The position numbers and the translations under genes are program-made. Under the pieces are notes generated by a model. The model ran no database searches, was not told the origin of the DNA, and saw nothing but the letters and a program-made list of their open reading frames with translations. From NCBI GenBank assembly GCA_965112735.1, contig OZ218951.1, positions 3,100,001-3,164,000 of the forward strand: DNA of 64,000 nucleotides, written 5' to 3'. This document shows, piece after piece, positions 1 through 13,850 of the stretch. Numbering within the stretch: the stretch's first letter is position 1; every line of letters starts with the position of its first letter. The DNA comes from Phaeosaccion multiseriatum. Lineage: Eukaryota > Protista > Ochrophyta, other classes.

Positions 1-797
1 GGCCGTACTCCACGGGCTCGCCTCTCTCCATGCGCCGCATACGCTCTTCCGCTTCTTGTCGGCACCAGACCTGTATGGCGGCCATACCACGTTCACCGGG
101 GGGGTGCATGCGGAATGGGAGCAATAAATAAAGAAGGAAGGTTTTCCAAGACAGGGAAAGACAGTCAAGAGGACCAACCGGTGCATGGAGAGAGGAGGGG
201 GGTCAAGAAGGGGAGGGGAAAAACGAGGGTTATGAGGTTACACAGAAAGAGCAGGGGGGGGAGAGAAAGAGATGGCAATGGAGAGAGAGGGTCAAAAAAG
301 GGAAAGGGGGGAGAGAGGGCAGGCGCAAAAGAGAGAGGGAAGGAGAACAAAACACCAAAAAGCTGTCGACTTACGTGAATATCCTGTGGGGGCTTCATCC
401 AGTCCCCGATAGCGATTATCGCGATTGACACGAATGTGAACATGGTGATGGTTTCCCACCCATTCGGGCCCCAAAACGAGTCCGACTTGTTGGCCTCGTC
501 CTCCGGGTACTCGTCAAACAGGTGTGCCTTGTCCTGGTCCTTCCGCACAAATCCCGTACCCATCGCCCTCCTTTGCAGCTGCAGAAGCTGCTGCTGCGAT
601 GCCCCGCCTACCCTCAGCCCTGCGCCTGCTGCTCCTGCCTCCCTTTGCAATGCAGAGGCGGCTGCTGCTGATAAGGGCTGCTGCTGCTGCAGTCTGGTCA
701 GCTGATGCAGAGCCCGGCCCCGCCCTCCAGCAGAAGCTGCCGCAGAAGAACCCACCCTTGAGGCCAATGGCCGCAACATCGACGCGCGCGACAGCAT
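1..797 (-). CDS. NDUFB11: Mitochondrial complex I ESSS/NDUFB11-like subunit (exons 797-375 and 70-<1; 3' end outside window)
   Basis: ATG at 797 begins an Arg/Ser/Ala-rich presequence (MLSRASMLRPLASRV). A GT-AG intron (374-71) joins GWETITMFTFVSIAIIAIGDWMKPPQDIH to VWCRQEAEERMRRMERGEPVEYG, which matches the ESSS pattern WE-[TM helix]-KP..I..W...EA..R. Confidence 0.75.
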
Positions 798-970
798 CTT
801 TTCTAATTGGTGTATTTCGTGCTCTCTTGGGGGGGGGGGGGTGATCCCCTCGGGTTTTGGTGACTTACTGTTCTTTGTCTTTCTTCTTCTCTCCTTCCCA
901 CAGCCTCTCTTCTTTCCAAGCGGCTTGGCTTGAACCGTCCAATCTCCCAACCGGTGATAGGCAAAGACAA

Positions 971-1461
971 ATGATGAGCAAGCTCACGAGGGAAAGCGTG
1001 AGCCTCCTAAAGCAAATTTTGCGCAAGCACCGGTCGCTTCCCGCGCAGGCCAGGGAGATGGGCGACGCCTACGTCCGTCACGAGTGGCGGCAACTACGAG
1101 ACCACGGCAAGACCACCTCGGAGCACGTCGAGGCCTTCACGGCGGAGTGGAGGAACTACCTCACCATGCTAAACGGAAGCAGCGAGCAAGAAAAGGCAAG
1201 GGGGTCATTACCCTTCCCTCTCTTTGATTCCCCTGCTACTTCTCTCCCCTTCCCTCTCCCGCTGATGCCTCTTTCTCTGTTGCCTCTTTTTATCGCCCTC
1301 TCTCTCTCTCTCTCTCTCTCTCGCTTTCGTTTGCGGCTGGACAGCTGGGTAGAGATCTCTCTCCCGAAGAGCGGGCCGCTCTGAATCCGGAGCAGCTTGG
1401 CCAGCTCGAGACCTTGCAGAAGGCAGCGGGGGACATTACGAAGACAAGCCCTCATCCTTGA
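971..1461 (+). CDS. SDHAF3: Succinate dehydrogenase assembly factor 3 (ACN9/SDH7, LYR family); exons 971-1195 and 1345-1461
   Basis: LLKQILRKHRSLPAQAREMGDAYVRHEWR..H...F..EW.NY is the ACN9 signature. Exon 2 (LGRDLSPEERAALNPEQLGQLETL) matches the conserved C-terminus and joins in phase 0 through a GC-AG intron. Confidence 0.88.
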
Positions 1462-4448
1462 GAGGGAGACTAAGAATCGAGGGATCTACGGGCAGTAGAG
1501 ACCAGTACCCCCCCGCCAGCTGAAAGTGCCACCCATCCTGGTGGGGAAAGGGCAAGGAAAGAGTGCGTGAGTGGTTGGCGGCAATCAACGGGACTGTTTT
1601 GCGAGAAGCTTCTGCAAAGAATTTGGCCTCTCTTACAGCTCTTCGCTCTGGTGAATGCTCTGGTCTTTTGGGGCCTGCTTTTTTACGTCGAGACGACAAG
1701 ACAAGACTTACCTTTGTTGGGCGGCCGACTTGAGAGGAACTTTCGGTCTTGATCCAGAGACTCAGGTCCTGCACACAAGTATGTGCACGCATTCAGCTCC
1801 TTCAGCAGGTCCACTGTCGTTCTCCAAGGCGGCGTTACGAGAGGTAGAGCGTCTTGTGGCCTCGTGACAGTGGGCTGCGCCCTCTTTCTTCCACCGCCAT
1901 GTTCACCTGCCACACACCTGGCCTGAGACTCCGGCAGCGCTCTCTTTCGTCTCTGCTCTGTGGGAGTGGAATGAATGGCTACTTGTGACTCGGAGATTCT
2001 CCTGTCCGGCCCGTCGAATGGGCAGCAGCCCACCAGACCCAGGCTGTGGAGCATGTTACTTGAGCGCAGTGGGGCACCTGCGAGGAATGTTCTAGCGAGC
2101 CGGCCGACGCCACAGGGCGCCCCTGAGACGCCTCCACAAGAGATATCTATACATTTACCTACTACCTCAATCTCTAGTAGACGCCTTCACAAGAGGGAAG
2201 TGAAGTGGGGCTTGGCGCAGGGTGTCTCTTGCAGATGAGCGTGAGGATGAGTGAATGTCATTTCAAGACGTATACCTCTTCTCTTCTCCCTTCTAAAGCT
2301 CCCATTACAGCTTAATGAATAGTAGAACTACCCTACAGAGAGAGAGAGAGAGAGGTTTTTAATTCGAGGGACCTACTCTGAGACAGACACGCCCTTCGCA
2401 CTCAATAGTCTCGACGTTCTGGTGCAACGAGTAGTATCGTGCTGGGCCATCTCTCACTGTTCCTTGTCTTTGCATCGCCTTCGGTTGCCCTCGCTCTAGT
2501 CTGGACGAATGGTAAGAAGCTCAGGACGCGGTTTATGAGTTGCATTCCCAACCGATTCAGTCTAACCACTCCGTGGCGCGAGAACTGACATGTCAGAGAA
2601 TGTGTCCGCCAACGCACACACACCCGAGGTGTCGTTCGTGTGAGAGGAGGAAGAGACGGCAGTCTCCTCGTCTTCTTCCCTCCCACGTTGAGCTGCAAGA
2701 TATACGATCTATCGCTAAACTTCTTTTGCGGTTCAACAGGGCAAAGAAAGAAGTCGAGGGGATTGCCATGTCTTCCTCTCACATGAACGAGGCGTATCAG
2801 ATGCCAGCTCCACCTCTTCGGAGTAGCTCGCAGCGATGTCGCGTGGGGCTGGCTGCACTCTTCCCGGCCGACCGGTTCGCATGTGGCATCATGGTGGGTA
2901 CAAACAACACATTCAGATCGTGGTATTTGTCTTGGATGCCCACTCTCGTGCTCCCCTTTTCGCCCCTCCTCGTCCTTCACCCCCTCCTCCCACGACGGGA
3001 GCGAGGGCGATTTGTCCAGCTCCCGAACTCGCTCTCTCCTCTTGGGTGGAAGCGGCCACAAACCTCGTTCGTCACAACCCTTGCTCGTACAACTCCCACT
3101 CCAAGCATGGGCACATCACTTCTACCCATCTCGTGCACACTCTCGCAGCGGGACGCAGTGTGACAGCGTGGCAGGCATCGCGCCCATTCGCAGGGGGCAT
3201 GGAGCTGTGGCGCTGCTGTCCATTCGCTGCAGCACTTTCATCTCACGCTGTGATTGCCTGATGTCCTCAATTGTTCGCACGTTGTGGTTGGCACTTGCAG
3301 CATGCTCTGCTGCTGCTGTGCAAGGTCCTAATCAGAGCCATAGTCGAACAAGTCGTGCACCCGGCGGTAGGTAGCAGCGGAAGCGTCGTCCACAATACGA
3401 TAGCAACCAGCCTGGTCAGAGAGAGTGGCTCTGCTGCGGTAAGACGAGTCCAGTATGGCCCTTTCCCGCTTCATCTGCTCAACGAATGCTGGGCCAAAAT
3501 CCTCCTCCATTCCCCTCTTCCCCTCCCCCTTCTCTTCTCTTCTCTCCTTCATCTCTCCAGTGCCTCTTGCTGCAGGACCTTCGTGGAAGCGGGCACCAGC
3601 AGAGCACAATCCCCACAAGGAACATAGGAGAACCATCTCGAAGCAGCCCGCTCTCCACATGTTTTAGTGCTCAATTCAGCTGGTTCAATTGCTCCCGCTT
3701 TCTCTACCCATAATCTTCCACCTGAAGGCCTCTAGAGGCCTCAAGGTAAGGTCTTACATAGAAAAGCATCAGACAAGCGGAGGAGAGAGGAATATCAAGC
3801 GAGACGGAGGTATGATGCAGAGAGAACATGGGGGGGGGCATAGCTGAGTGGTCAGGCGCTCTCTGTCTGAAGCTTGCTTTTTCGCGGAAGCAGAGCAGCG
3901 GATGTTATGCGAAAGAGGGGAGGGTGAAATGTTTGGAGCACAGCACACGCAGCGGCCAAAGCTTCCCCGCCTGATCATTGCCGGGCTACAAGTGCTGCTG
4001 CCTGTCCTTTCTAGTTCAGAAGTTGGCGTGTTGCCAACGCCTTTTCCCAATGGAACTCCCGTTCCCCGCGGAGTTTGGTCCAATCAAAAGATCGTGGCCT
4101 CACCTCTTAACCGCTCTTCCCCTCTCTCACTCACCTCTCTCCGCCCGACGGACCTGCATACCCTCGTCCCCCCTCCCCTCCTTTCCTGCCCTTTCTCTGC
4201 TGCCACTCTAGGCATTCGTGAGGCGATGTCGCCCAAGTAGAAGGAACGGTGAAGGTGGTGGACCAGTTCCCAGGGGTTGCAGTTGAGCAACAGGACAAGG
4301 AGGAGGGGCGCCGCCTGGGGTAGCCCGAGCGTAGCCGCGCTGTGCGGTGGTCAAGAGGGGCGGGCAGGAAAATCACGCGAAGCAGCGGTAAACACGGAGC
4401 TGCAGGCAGTAGGGGGGCAGTGGTGCCGTATGCCAATAGCAAGGCGCA

Positions 4449-7400
4449 ATGTTCGCAACGCCTCTCTTCTGGCAGATTCGCTTCCTAGTTTCTAACTTGT
4501 CGAAGAAGAATCTCAAGGCGAACGTCGCCGAGCTAAATCAGGTGAGCGAAGAGTCGGGCAATCAAGCGGAGGGGGAGACAGGCAGACAGAAGACGAACGG
4601 ATGAGACACACCCACCTTCTCACTGCTCTGCGGTCTCTAGGGCCTCCTCAAGGGCGATGATGACCAAGGCGTCACATACGGGCGCATATGCCTTGCCGCT
4701 AGGAGCTCACAGGAAACGCACAACCCAAAAGACGTGTATCCAGACTTGTTCCTCCTCTCATCGCTTCCCTCCCCCCCCACCCTACTTACTGCCCATTGCG
4801 TCCCCCCTCTCCCCAGCTCATTGGCCTGTACGGCCAGGATGCCCGAGTCTTTCTCCTTCAGTGCCTCGTGGAAGAAACGGACATCAAAGCCGGAGGCGGG
4901 CAAGGGAATCAGAGTCAGCAAAACGCCCACTCACACGGACAACGGATTCAGGTGCTGTGTGTCTTGCCTATGGTGTATGTATGTATGTGTGTGTGTGTGT
5001 GTGTGCGTTCATGCTTGTGAGCGTATGGGTGTGAGCACGTACATGTGTGCACAGCACAGCACAGCACAGCTGGCCGGGATTATTTTTGCTATCGCTCAGT
5101 CATCCCCCGTGCTCTGGTATGGTGGGATACGAGTGTTTTTTTCGGAGTGAGTGACTGCGAATCTCACCCCGCACTATCATCCCTGGCCGTCCCCCCCCCA
5201 CACACGACATGTCCATCCCCCTTGCTCGACGTTTGCTACCACTCACCCGCCCCAGTTACTGCAACAAGAGGTCGCGGATGCCGCAAGTAAGCCGAACTTC
5301 GTAAGTCTTCTCTGTCAGGCGCTAGAAGGGCAAGGAGGGGAAGGAAAAGGAAGGGGATCAGCCCAGCAGGGAGGGTCCGACAACAACAACAACAACAGTA
5401 ACAACAACAACAACAACAACACCAACAACGCGGTAACAGAAGAGCACCTGGCCAACGCGTGCCAGGCACTCAAGCTACCGCTTCACCAGGAAGTCGCCCT
5501 GGCCTTGGGTCTCACGCATTCTCAGAGCCCCATCACCCAGGCAGGGGCAGCGAGGTTTCTTTTCTCGAAGCTGCCAGAGCTGCTCGGGGCGGCAGTGTCA
5601 GGGTCAGGGTCAGGGTCGACAGACCAACTGCTGCAGCTTAGTCCGGAGGCGCTGCACCATTTGCTCGACTTTCTTGCAGTGCAGAGCAGCGGCAACGGGC
5701 CGAACAAGGGAGGAGGAGGGGAGGATATTAGCGGTAGCAGCGGCAGCAACAGTGGACATCTGCGCACAGTCGCGGCAGAGGCGCTAGATCAACTGAGGCA
5801 TTTCGCCCAACTCAGACAAGACTTGCACCGAACAGAGACGGGCAGCGCGCGGCAGCAACAGCAGCAGCCGTTGGTGATTCAGCAGCAGAAGGACGAGACC
5901 TTGGCCCTTGCGCCTTTACTGGCGACGCAAGGTGCCCCCGGGGGGATGAATTTCCTGGGCTTTGGACGAGGAGGAGCTGGGGGAGGGGAGGAGGGCGGAG
6001 CAACAGCAGCAGCAGGAGGAGGAGACGAACTCCGAGGGCTGAGGGAGGGCATGGCCAGCATCACGCGGGGCATCAACGGAGGAGGCAGCTTGGCCGGCTT
6101 TCTGCTCGACTTGGGCCCATCGTGCAGCTCCACCGCCGCCGCCTTTCGGGAGGCCGTGCGACAGAGCGGCTTCGTCGTGGATGAGCAACAGGTGCGGTGA
6201 GGAGGGGGAGGAGGAGGAGGAGGAGGAGGAGGGGGGGGGGGGGGGTGTCTGCATCTCTGCGTGTGTTGGGTGGCGTCTGTGGTTGTAAGGTGCGCTGCGG
6301 TGCTACGCCTCACTTTCTCTCTCTCTCTCTGTCTCTTTCTCTCATCCACAGGTGGCTCACTTGCTGTCCATGCTGACGACGAACTACAAGATTAGCACGT
6401 CGGCGGGTGACTCCGAGCTGTCGAGCGCAGTCACCAACAGCCTACTCACTTCCAACGGAACAGGAAATGTCACAGTCGACGGCTCCGGGGCTGCGGGGAG
6501 GTGCGTGGTGGGGGCCGTTGTGAAGAATATAGGAAGCGTACCTCCTCCCTCCTCCCTTGTATTTCTTCTCTTGCGGTCTGCCTTGTCTCTGCTGTGCACC
6601 GCTGCTCTGCCCTGTTGGTGTGCCTGCCAGTGTTGTGCCGTGTTATATCTCTGTAGATGTATTGCTTTTCATTGCTTTGTTTGCATTACACCGTGCGGAC
6701 CGCGCTGTGCCGTCTGTGCTGTAACTTCCCTGTGTTCTCTCTTACTCTTAACTCTCTTCCCCTCGCTCCCATCCCCCCTCCTCTCTGTCCCTACCCACCC
6801 ACCCCCCCCGACCCTCCCTCTCTTCTCTCTCTCTCTGCAGAGGCAGCAGCAGCAGCTGGAACTTGGACGTGGTGCGGCAGGTGCTGTGCAGCGATGTCGT
6901 GGCGGGCAAGGGCTTGGACTGGGTCAAGGTGGCGAGGGGTCTCGATCACCCAGACTTTGCTGTGGCGGACGAGAGAGCACTCAACGTGCTGCTCACGTGA
7001 GTACGACGTAGTCTCACTTGATTTGTGTTGTATGGTGGTGTTACAGATGTCGATGATGTCGAGTGTGTGAAGTAGTAGTGCTCAGTATCGATACGATACG
7101 CTTGCGCGCTTACTGAAGTAGTAGGTCATGTTGAAGAAGAGAGGTTACCGACCTCAATCCCTCACTCCCCCCCCCCCTCCGTTCCCTCCCTCCCTCCGTC
7201 CGTCCGTCCGTCCTTCCCTTCCTCCTTCCCTCCCCTCCCCTCCCCTCCCTTCCACACCTCACCACACCACACCAACCACCAACACATCCACAGACTCTAC
7301 CGCAGCGCAGCGCAGCGAGACTTCCCTCCCGAGGTCATGTTCAGCACCACGTGGACCAACCGCAGAGGCCAGCTCAGCCTCTTGCGAGCGGCCATCAACG

Positions 7401-9843
7401 CCCCTCCTCAGACTTATTCCTTCGCAGGCTCACCACGCAAGCAGCACATCCTGGAGGGTGTGGACCCGAAGGTGATGCCCGACGAAGCGTGGCTGAGTCT
7501 GGACCTCGTAGTGGCGCTCTTGGCCCTCGCACAGGATCAAGAGCTGTACTCGCAGGTGGGTCGTTGGGTTGACAATTGTAGAGTGACGGAGTGAGGCGGA
7601 GTGAGGGGGGGGAGGGGGGCGGTGAGTGAGTGAGTGAGTGAGTACCGTGACTATACTGGAAACCTTTACCCTCTGTATTTTCTCTGACGTGTAACGTTGG
7701 GCCGTGATCGAAGAATGTGAGCGCACTTGAGTTCTCACTTCGACGCCTCAAGCTCATACCACCCTCGCCCCCCCCCCCCCCGCTCTCCCTTCTCCATCGC
7801 AACATCTCCTCCCCTCCTTTCCCTTCCCTTGCGGCATTCGCATGTGCACATCCTCACGTTCCAACAACAAAAGGTCCGGGACTTGTTCACCACTCCTGCC
7901 TACAAGCTCCCAGAGACCCTCCTGCTGGCCCTCGCCTCCGTGTCCCCAGCCGAGGGAGGCCGGCTGCGCACACAGATGCTGACGCGCCTCTTGCCGCTCT
8001 ACTTTCAGCCCAATAGAACCCCGCTAGCGGGGGCGGTGATTCGTCGGCTGTGGGCCATCAACCCACGCATGGTGTTGCAGTCATGTGTAGAGGCCTTCAA
8101 TGTGGACAGCAGCCTGGCGAGTCTGCTCTATATTCGACGCATTACCCTGCTCATCCCCGAGTGTCGGAAGCTGCTGCTGTCGAGCAACGACTACACTTTT
8201 TCGATTGCGATGGTCAGTGTCATTGCGTCCGCGGAGCGAGGAGGACCTTCTCCTCCAGCGGCGTCGCCCACCGGCTCTGCCTCGAGCAGAGAGGGCGGAG
8301 GAGGAGCAGGAGCGAAGGGAGGAGCCGGTAGTAGTAGAGGTAGTAGCGAAGGCGGCGGGGACAGTAAGGGAGCTCAGCAGCAGCAGCAGCAGGGGCAGGC
8401 CGGGCAATTGGATGTGGAAGGATGGGTAGCAGATCGCCTCCAAACGGGCGGTGACCGTTTCGTGACGGCAATGCTGACCTTCATGCACGCTCACCTCAAC
8501 ACGGCCAAGCGGAAGGCCGTCGCACAGCAGAGGGTGGCACCCTCTCCAGCGGCGGCGGGCAAGAGCGGGGCAGACGCAGGAACATCAGTTGGTGGTACGG
8601 CAGAGGACATTGTGCCCACGTGTGGCATGACGCTGGAGGTTTTTGCGACCTTCTTGCAGGCGCTGCTGGGTCTGTCGGCGGAGGGCACATACCAACCCCA
8701 GCTTAGGACCATGGTGAAGCAGCTCAAGGAGGCCGGCAAGCAGGCGCACCCCGCGCTGCAGCAGATGTTGGGGCCGCAGGACATAGAGGAGATGGCCAAC
8801 TCGTACTTTCAGAGGATCTACACGAGCGAGCAGACCATTACCGAGGTGAGGCTTTGGGGGGGGGAGGGGGGGAGTTGAGGCCTTGCAACGCCGCCATCCG
8901 GATACATACCCGATTTAAGAGCATCATGTCACAACCCCAACCCACCCACACACCCACACACACACACAAACACACACTCACACCGCCTCCCACACCAACA
9001 GGTGATCCAAATGCTCAAGCACTTTAAAAACAGCTCCAATACGCGCGAGCAGGAGATCTTCGCCTGTATGATCCACAACCTCTTTGACGAGTACCGCTTC
9101 TTCCACAAGTACCCAGAGAAGGAGCTACGCATCACCGGTGTGCTCTTTGGCACCCTCATTCAGCACCAGCTCGTGTCGAGTATCACCCTGGGCATTGCCC
9201 TGCGCTATGTGCTCGAAGCCATTCGCAAGCAGCCCGGGCAGGGCCCCAGCGGAAAGATGTTCAGGTACGTGGGTGTTGGGGTGTGTGTGGGTGTGTGGGT
9301 ATGAGTAGTTGGGTGGGTGCTGCGACAAGCGGGCATATCTCTTTCCCGCTCTCTCTCTCACATCTCTCTCCCCCTCCCCCCGTCTCTCCCTCTTCTTCTC
9401 CCTCACACACACCCTTCTCTCTCGTTTTCCCTCTGAAGGTTCGGCATGTTTGCGCTGGAGCAGTTCAAGGACCGGCTCCGCGAGTGGCCCCAGTACTGCA
9501 GCCACATCGTCCAGATCCCCCACCTTAAGGCCAGCCACAAGGAGCTTGTTGCGGACATTGAGCGTGCCATGTTGGCCCAGGGTGCAGCAGGGAGGGCTCC
9601 AGGGGGAGGAGGAACGGGCATGGGTGGTGCTGGAGGAGGAGGAGGAGCGGGGGGCGCAGCGGGAGATGGGCGAGGAGGGGCGGCAGATGCGGCTGTGGCA
9701 GCCAAGGCCGCTGCGGACGTGGCAGCACGGGCACAGGACGGATCTCTGTCGTCGATGAGGACTTCTCCTGGAGGTGTGGGAGGAGGCCTTTCCGAGCATT
9801 TCTCTCCGCAGCAGGGCGGGGGAGGGGCAGACTATCTCCAGTC

Positions 9844-9883
<40 letters not shown>

Positions 9884-12191
9884 CAGCAGCAAGGGCAGCA
9901 GTTCCCGCCGATGGAGAGGGCGTCATCAACATCATCGTCATCGTCGCAGTCCGCGCCGAGTCCGAATAGGCGGCCCGTGGGGCCCGGGGCTGTTGGGGGT
10001 GAAGCAGGAGGAGGAGGAGGGCCAGGGACCGCGGGAGGAGGAGGCCTGCCCGCCCAAATGAGAGCAATGAGCTTGGGGGGCATCGGGGGGCAGGAGGGGG
10101 ACGCAGGCGGGGCAGCAGCAATGGGGGGACTCATTGGCCGCTCGAGCAGTGCCAGCGCCCCGGGCAGCAATGTGGTCGGAAACAACAAGGGCCTGGTGGT
10201 GACACAGAACAACAGCTCCACGTTGGAGGGTGGCAAGGCAGGAAGTGGCGGCTCGGCGGCTGGGGGTGGTGGTGGTGGTGCTGGCCTGCCCACACCTCTG
10301 AATGTCCCGTCTCCCCTCCTTGGCGGAGTCGGGGGAGGGGCTTCTCCTTTGGTGATGGCAGGCTCGGGCCCTTCTTCGCTGGCCTCGGCCTCCGGAGCTG
10401 CAACCGCTGGAGGAGGAGGGGGCGCTGCGGCGTCGTCGTTTGAGAACAACGGCGGTGGCACCAGATCGGCGTCATCGGCATCATCGCCAGCTCCTGGTGC
10501 TGCCGTATCACCAATTGCTGCACCACCTGCAGCTGGTGGTGCGGCGGCTGCTGCTGCACTACCTGCGGTAGCCTCCTCCACGGCTCCTGCAGTGTACACG
10601 AACCCTGCCACTGGCCAAACCCAGCCCAACATTGACTCTCTGATGCAGGCCAGCAGGGAGCCCATGGACATTGTGCCTCCTCCAGAGACCGTCATGGACA
10701 GCATTCACTTCGTCATTAACAACGTCAGCCAAAACAATCTGGAGCAAAAGGTCAGTCAGTGCGGCAGTCACCATCTGCTGCTACCAGAGTCCTCCCGTGC
10801 TCGCTTGCTGGCCCATTCACTCACTCACTCACTCACTCACTGAGTCAACTCACTCTCCCACTCCTATCATATCTATGTCCCACCCTCCCACACTTCCCCC
10901 ACCATAACCGCCCAATCTCCCAATCTCCCAATCAATCAACTCAACCAACCAACCATTCTCTGAATGAAATCAGGTGAACGACATCAAGCCGCACATCATT
11001 AACCGGCCAGAGTACTTCAACTGGATGGCGGACTACCTCGTCGTGAAGCGCATCTCCAATCAACCCAACTTTCACGACATCTACATGCAATTCCTGGACC
11101 GTATGGAGTGCCCCCCGCTCAACAATGCGGTGCTCAACAGCGTGTTTTTCAACGTGGGCAAGCTGCTGCGCTCGAGCAAGATTATCTCCTCCACCAATGA
11201 GCGGTCTCTGCTCAAGAATCTGGGCAGCTGGCTGGGGAGGGTGACCCTGGCACGAGGCAAGCCCATCTTGCAGCGGCAGCTCGACCTCAAGGAGTTACTG
11301 TTTCAGGGATACGAAACGGGACGGTTGATTGTGGTGACGCCCTTCCTGGCCAAAATTTTGGAGTGCTGTGCGGGCTCTCGCATCTTTAGCCCACCCAACC
11401 CCTGGGTCATGGGCTTGCTCAGTGCGCTGCACGAAATGTACGCCATGCAAGACCTCAAGATGAACATCAAGTTTGAAGTGGAGATGCTCGTCAAGAAGCT
11501 GAGCATCAAGCTGGAGGATGTGCCGAAGATGGGGCGGTTGAGTCGGCGACAGAGCCCGAGGAAGGAGAAGAACCCCGATTTCACGGCCCGTGCGGCAGCC
11601 GCAGCGGCAGCCGCATCTGCGGCAGCAACAGCAGCAGCCGCAGCAGCGGCAGCAGCGGCGGGGGGCTCGGCGGCTTCGGCTTCGTCAGCAGCGTCGCCAG
11701 GCTCCGGAGCTGGTGGGGTGGGGGGGGCTGGAGACGGCAGAGGAGGAGGAGGAGGAGCATTGGCGAGTGGTTCAGTGGACAATAGCCCGAGGTTAGGGTC
11801 CGGCAGCGACGCCAATAGAGAGGCTGGAGGCGAAGGAGGACAAGGAGGACCAGCACTTGGTGGCGCGCCAGTTGGTGGTACGGCAGGTGCGGGTGCCGGC
11901 ATGCCCGGATTGGCGGCTGGTGGTAGGGGTATGGGTTCTCCCGGCGGCCTAGCAGGCGCAGGCACTGGCGGGGGGGGCGCAGAGTTCGCGGAGCAGACGG
12001 TCATCCCCAACCTTGCTGCCTATGTGAGCATCAGTGCCAACATTGCCGTGTTCCAGACGGACCCCAGCCTAAGGAGGATCGTCCCGGTGGCGGTGGATAG
12101 GGCCATTCGAGAGATCATTCAGCCGGTCGTTGAGAGGAGCGTGACCATCGCGGGCATCACTACCAAGGAGCTCATCATCAAGGTTAGTGGG

Positions 12192-12233
<42 letters not shown>

Positions 12234-13819
12234 CAGGAGAGAGGGAGGGAGGGAGAGGGGAAAGGGGAGAGGAAGACAGATTGATGTGAGAACGGACGCG
12301 TATTTCGAAGGTTCGAAGGGGGCAGGTTGTTCCTTTGTCTATTTGCTGTTATTGTAATTTACTCTCTCATGCTCTCTTGCTCTCCCTCCACCCCCCCCCT
12401 CCCCTCTCTTTCACAACCACCCTCCCTCCCTCACGTCAAAAAAAATGTAAAATAAATGTCATCCCCCAAGGACTTTGCCATGGAGCCTGATGAGAACAAG
12501 ATGCGCAAAGCCGCACACCTCATGGTCACCAACCTCGGTGGCTCCCTCGCCCTCGTCACGTGCAAGGAACCCCTCCGTACCTCCATCACCAACCACATGC
12601 GCACGCTGCTGACTGGGGCGGCGCCTCAGCTGTCCGAGGAGGTGGTGGAGCAGGTGGTGCAGATGACTGCGGCAGAGAACTTGGAGCTGGGATGTATGCT
12701 CATTGAGAAGGTGAGGAGAAGGGAGGGAGGGAGGGAGGGAGGGATGGGGAGGGGGGGTATTCTTGGAGCTTGGGGGAATGTTCTGTAACTGCCGCGTTAA
12801 CTAACCAAGTATTCAATCAATCAACCAGCTCTTCCCCCCCCCCCCTTCTTCCCTCAACTGGCACTGCTGTATTCACCATCTGCTGAACCACCAACTGACC
12901 ACCCCCTCTAACCAACCAACCAACCAACCAACCAACCGCCTGTGACCCTTTCTATTAGGCGGCCACGGACCGAGCGATGCGCGACATCGACGACGCCCTG
13001 GCCTCCGCCATGCAGGCGCGCCGCAAGCACAGAGAGAACGCAGCCCATCAGGGACAGGGTGGCAACACCGGGCAGGGGCAGGGGGGCTCTCAGTCCTACT
13101 ACGACGTTACAGTCTTTCAGAACCGCCGCTATCCTGCCGCTCTGCCTGAGCCGCTGCGGCCCAAGCCGGGCGGGCTCCAACCTCAGCATTTGCAAGTGTA
13201 TGAGGCGTTTCAGAGACAACCCAGGCAGCCGACTGTCAAGGCCACGGAGGGCGGCGGGGGCGGTGCGGGGGGCGGAGCAGTAGGTGCGGGCGGAGGAGTG
13301 GTAGGAGGAGGAGCGAGTGGGACGGATGCGTCGGCGGCAGGTGGGTGTATGGGTAATTGATGTGTTGCGTGGGTTTTGCGTGATGTGTGTGTGGGTGTGT
13401 GTATGAGTGCGTTTTCGTCGTTGGCCTTCTCTCTCCTCTCCGCCCTGGCCCTGGTTCTCCTCTCTCTCTTCTCTCCCCTCGCCCGCTCACTCCCTCCCTC
13501 CCCCCCCCCACCAGGTGCTATCACCACGGGGGTAGCGAGTGGCAGCAAACAGCCTGCCTCTGCAAGCGCATCACCCGCTGCTGCCTTGGGAGCCGGAGCC
13601 GGGGGAGGGGAGCTGACGGTGGAGCAGGCCCTCTCGGCGTGGGGTGACGCCGTGGCGAAGCTCGATGCTGTGGTTTCCTCCCTTCTGACCCGGCACCAGC
13701 AGCGACAGGGTGGACAGGGTGGGGCGCAGCTGACATTGCAGATGGTGGGGGCAGATGGGGAGCTCGCAGGGGCCCTGCAGGAGGTGCTTACCATCGGTAG
13801 CAGGATCAGGTATGTGTGT

Positions 13820-13850
<31 letters not shown>

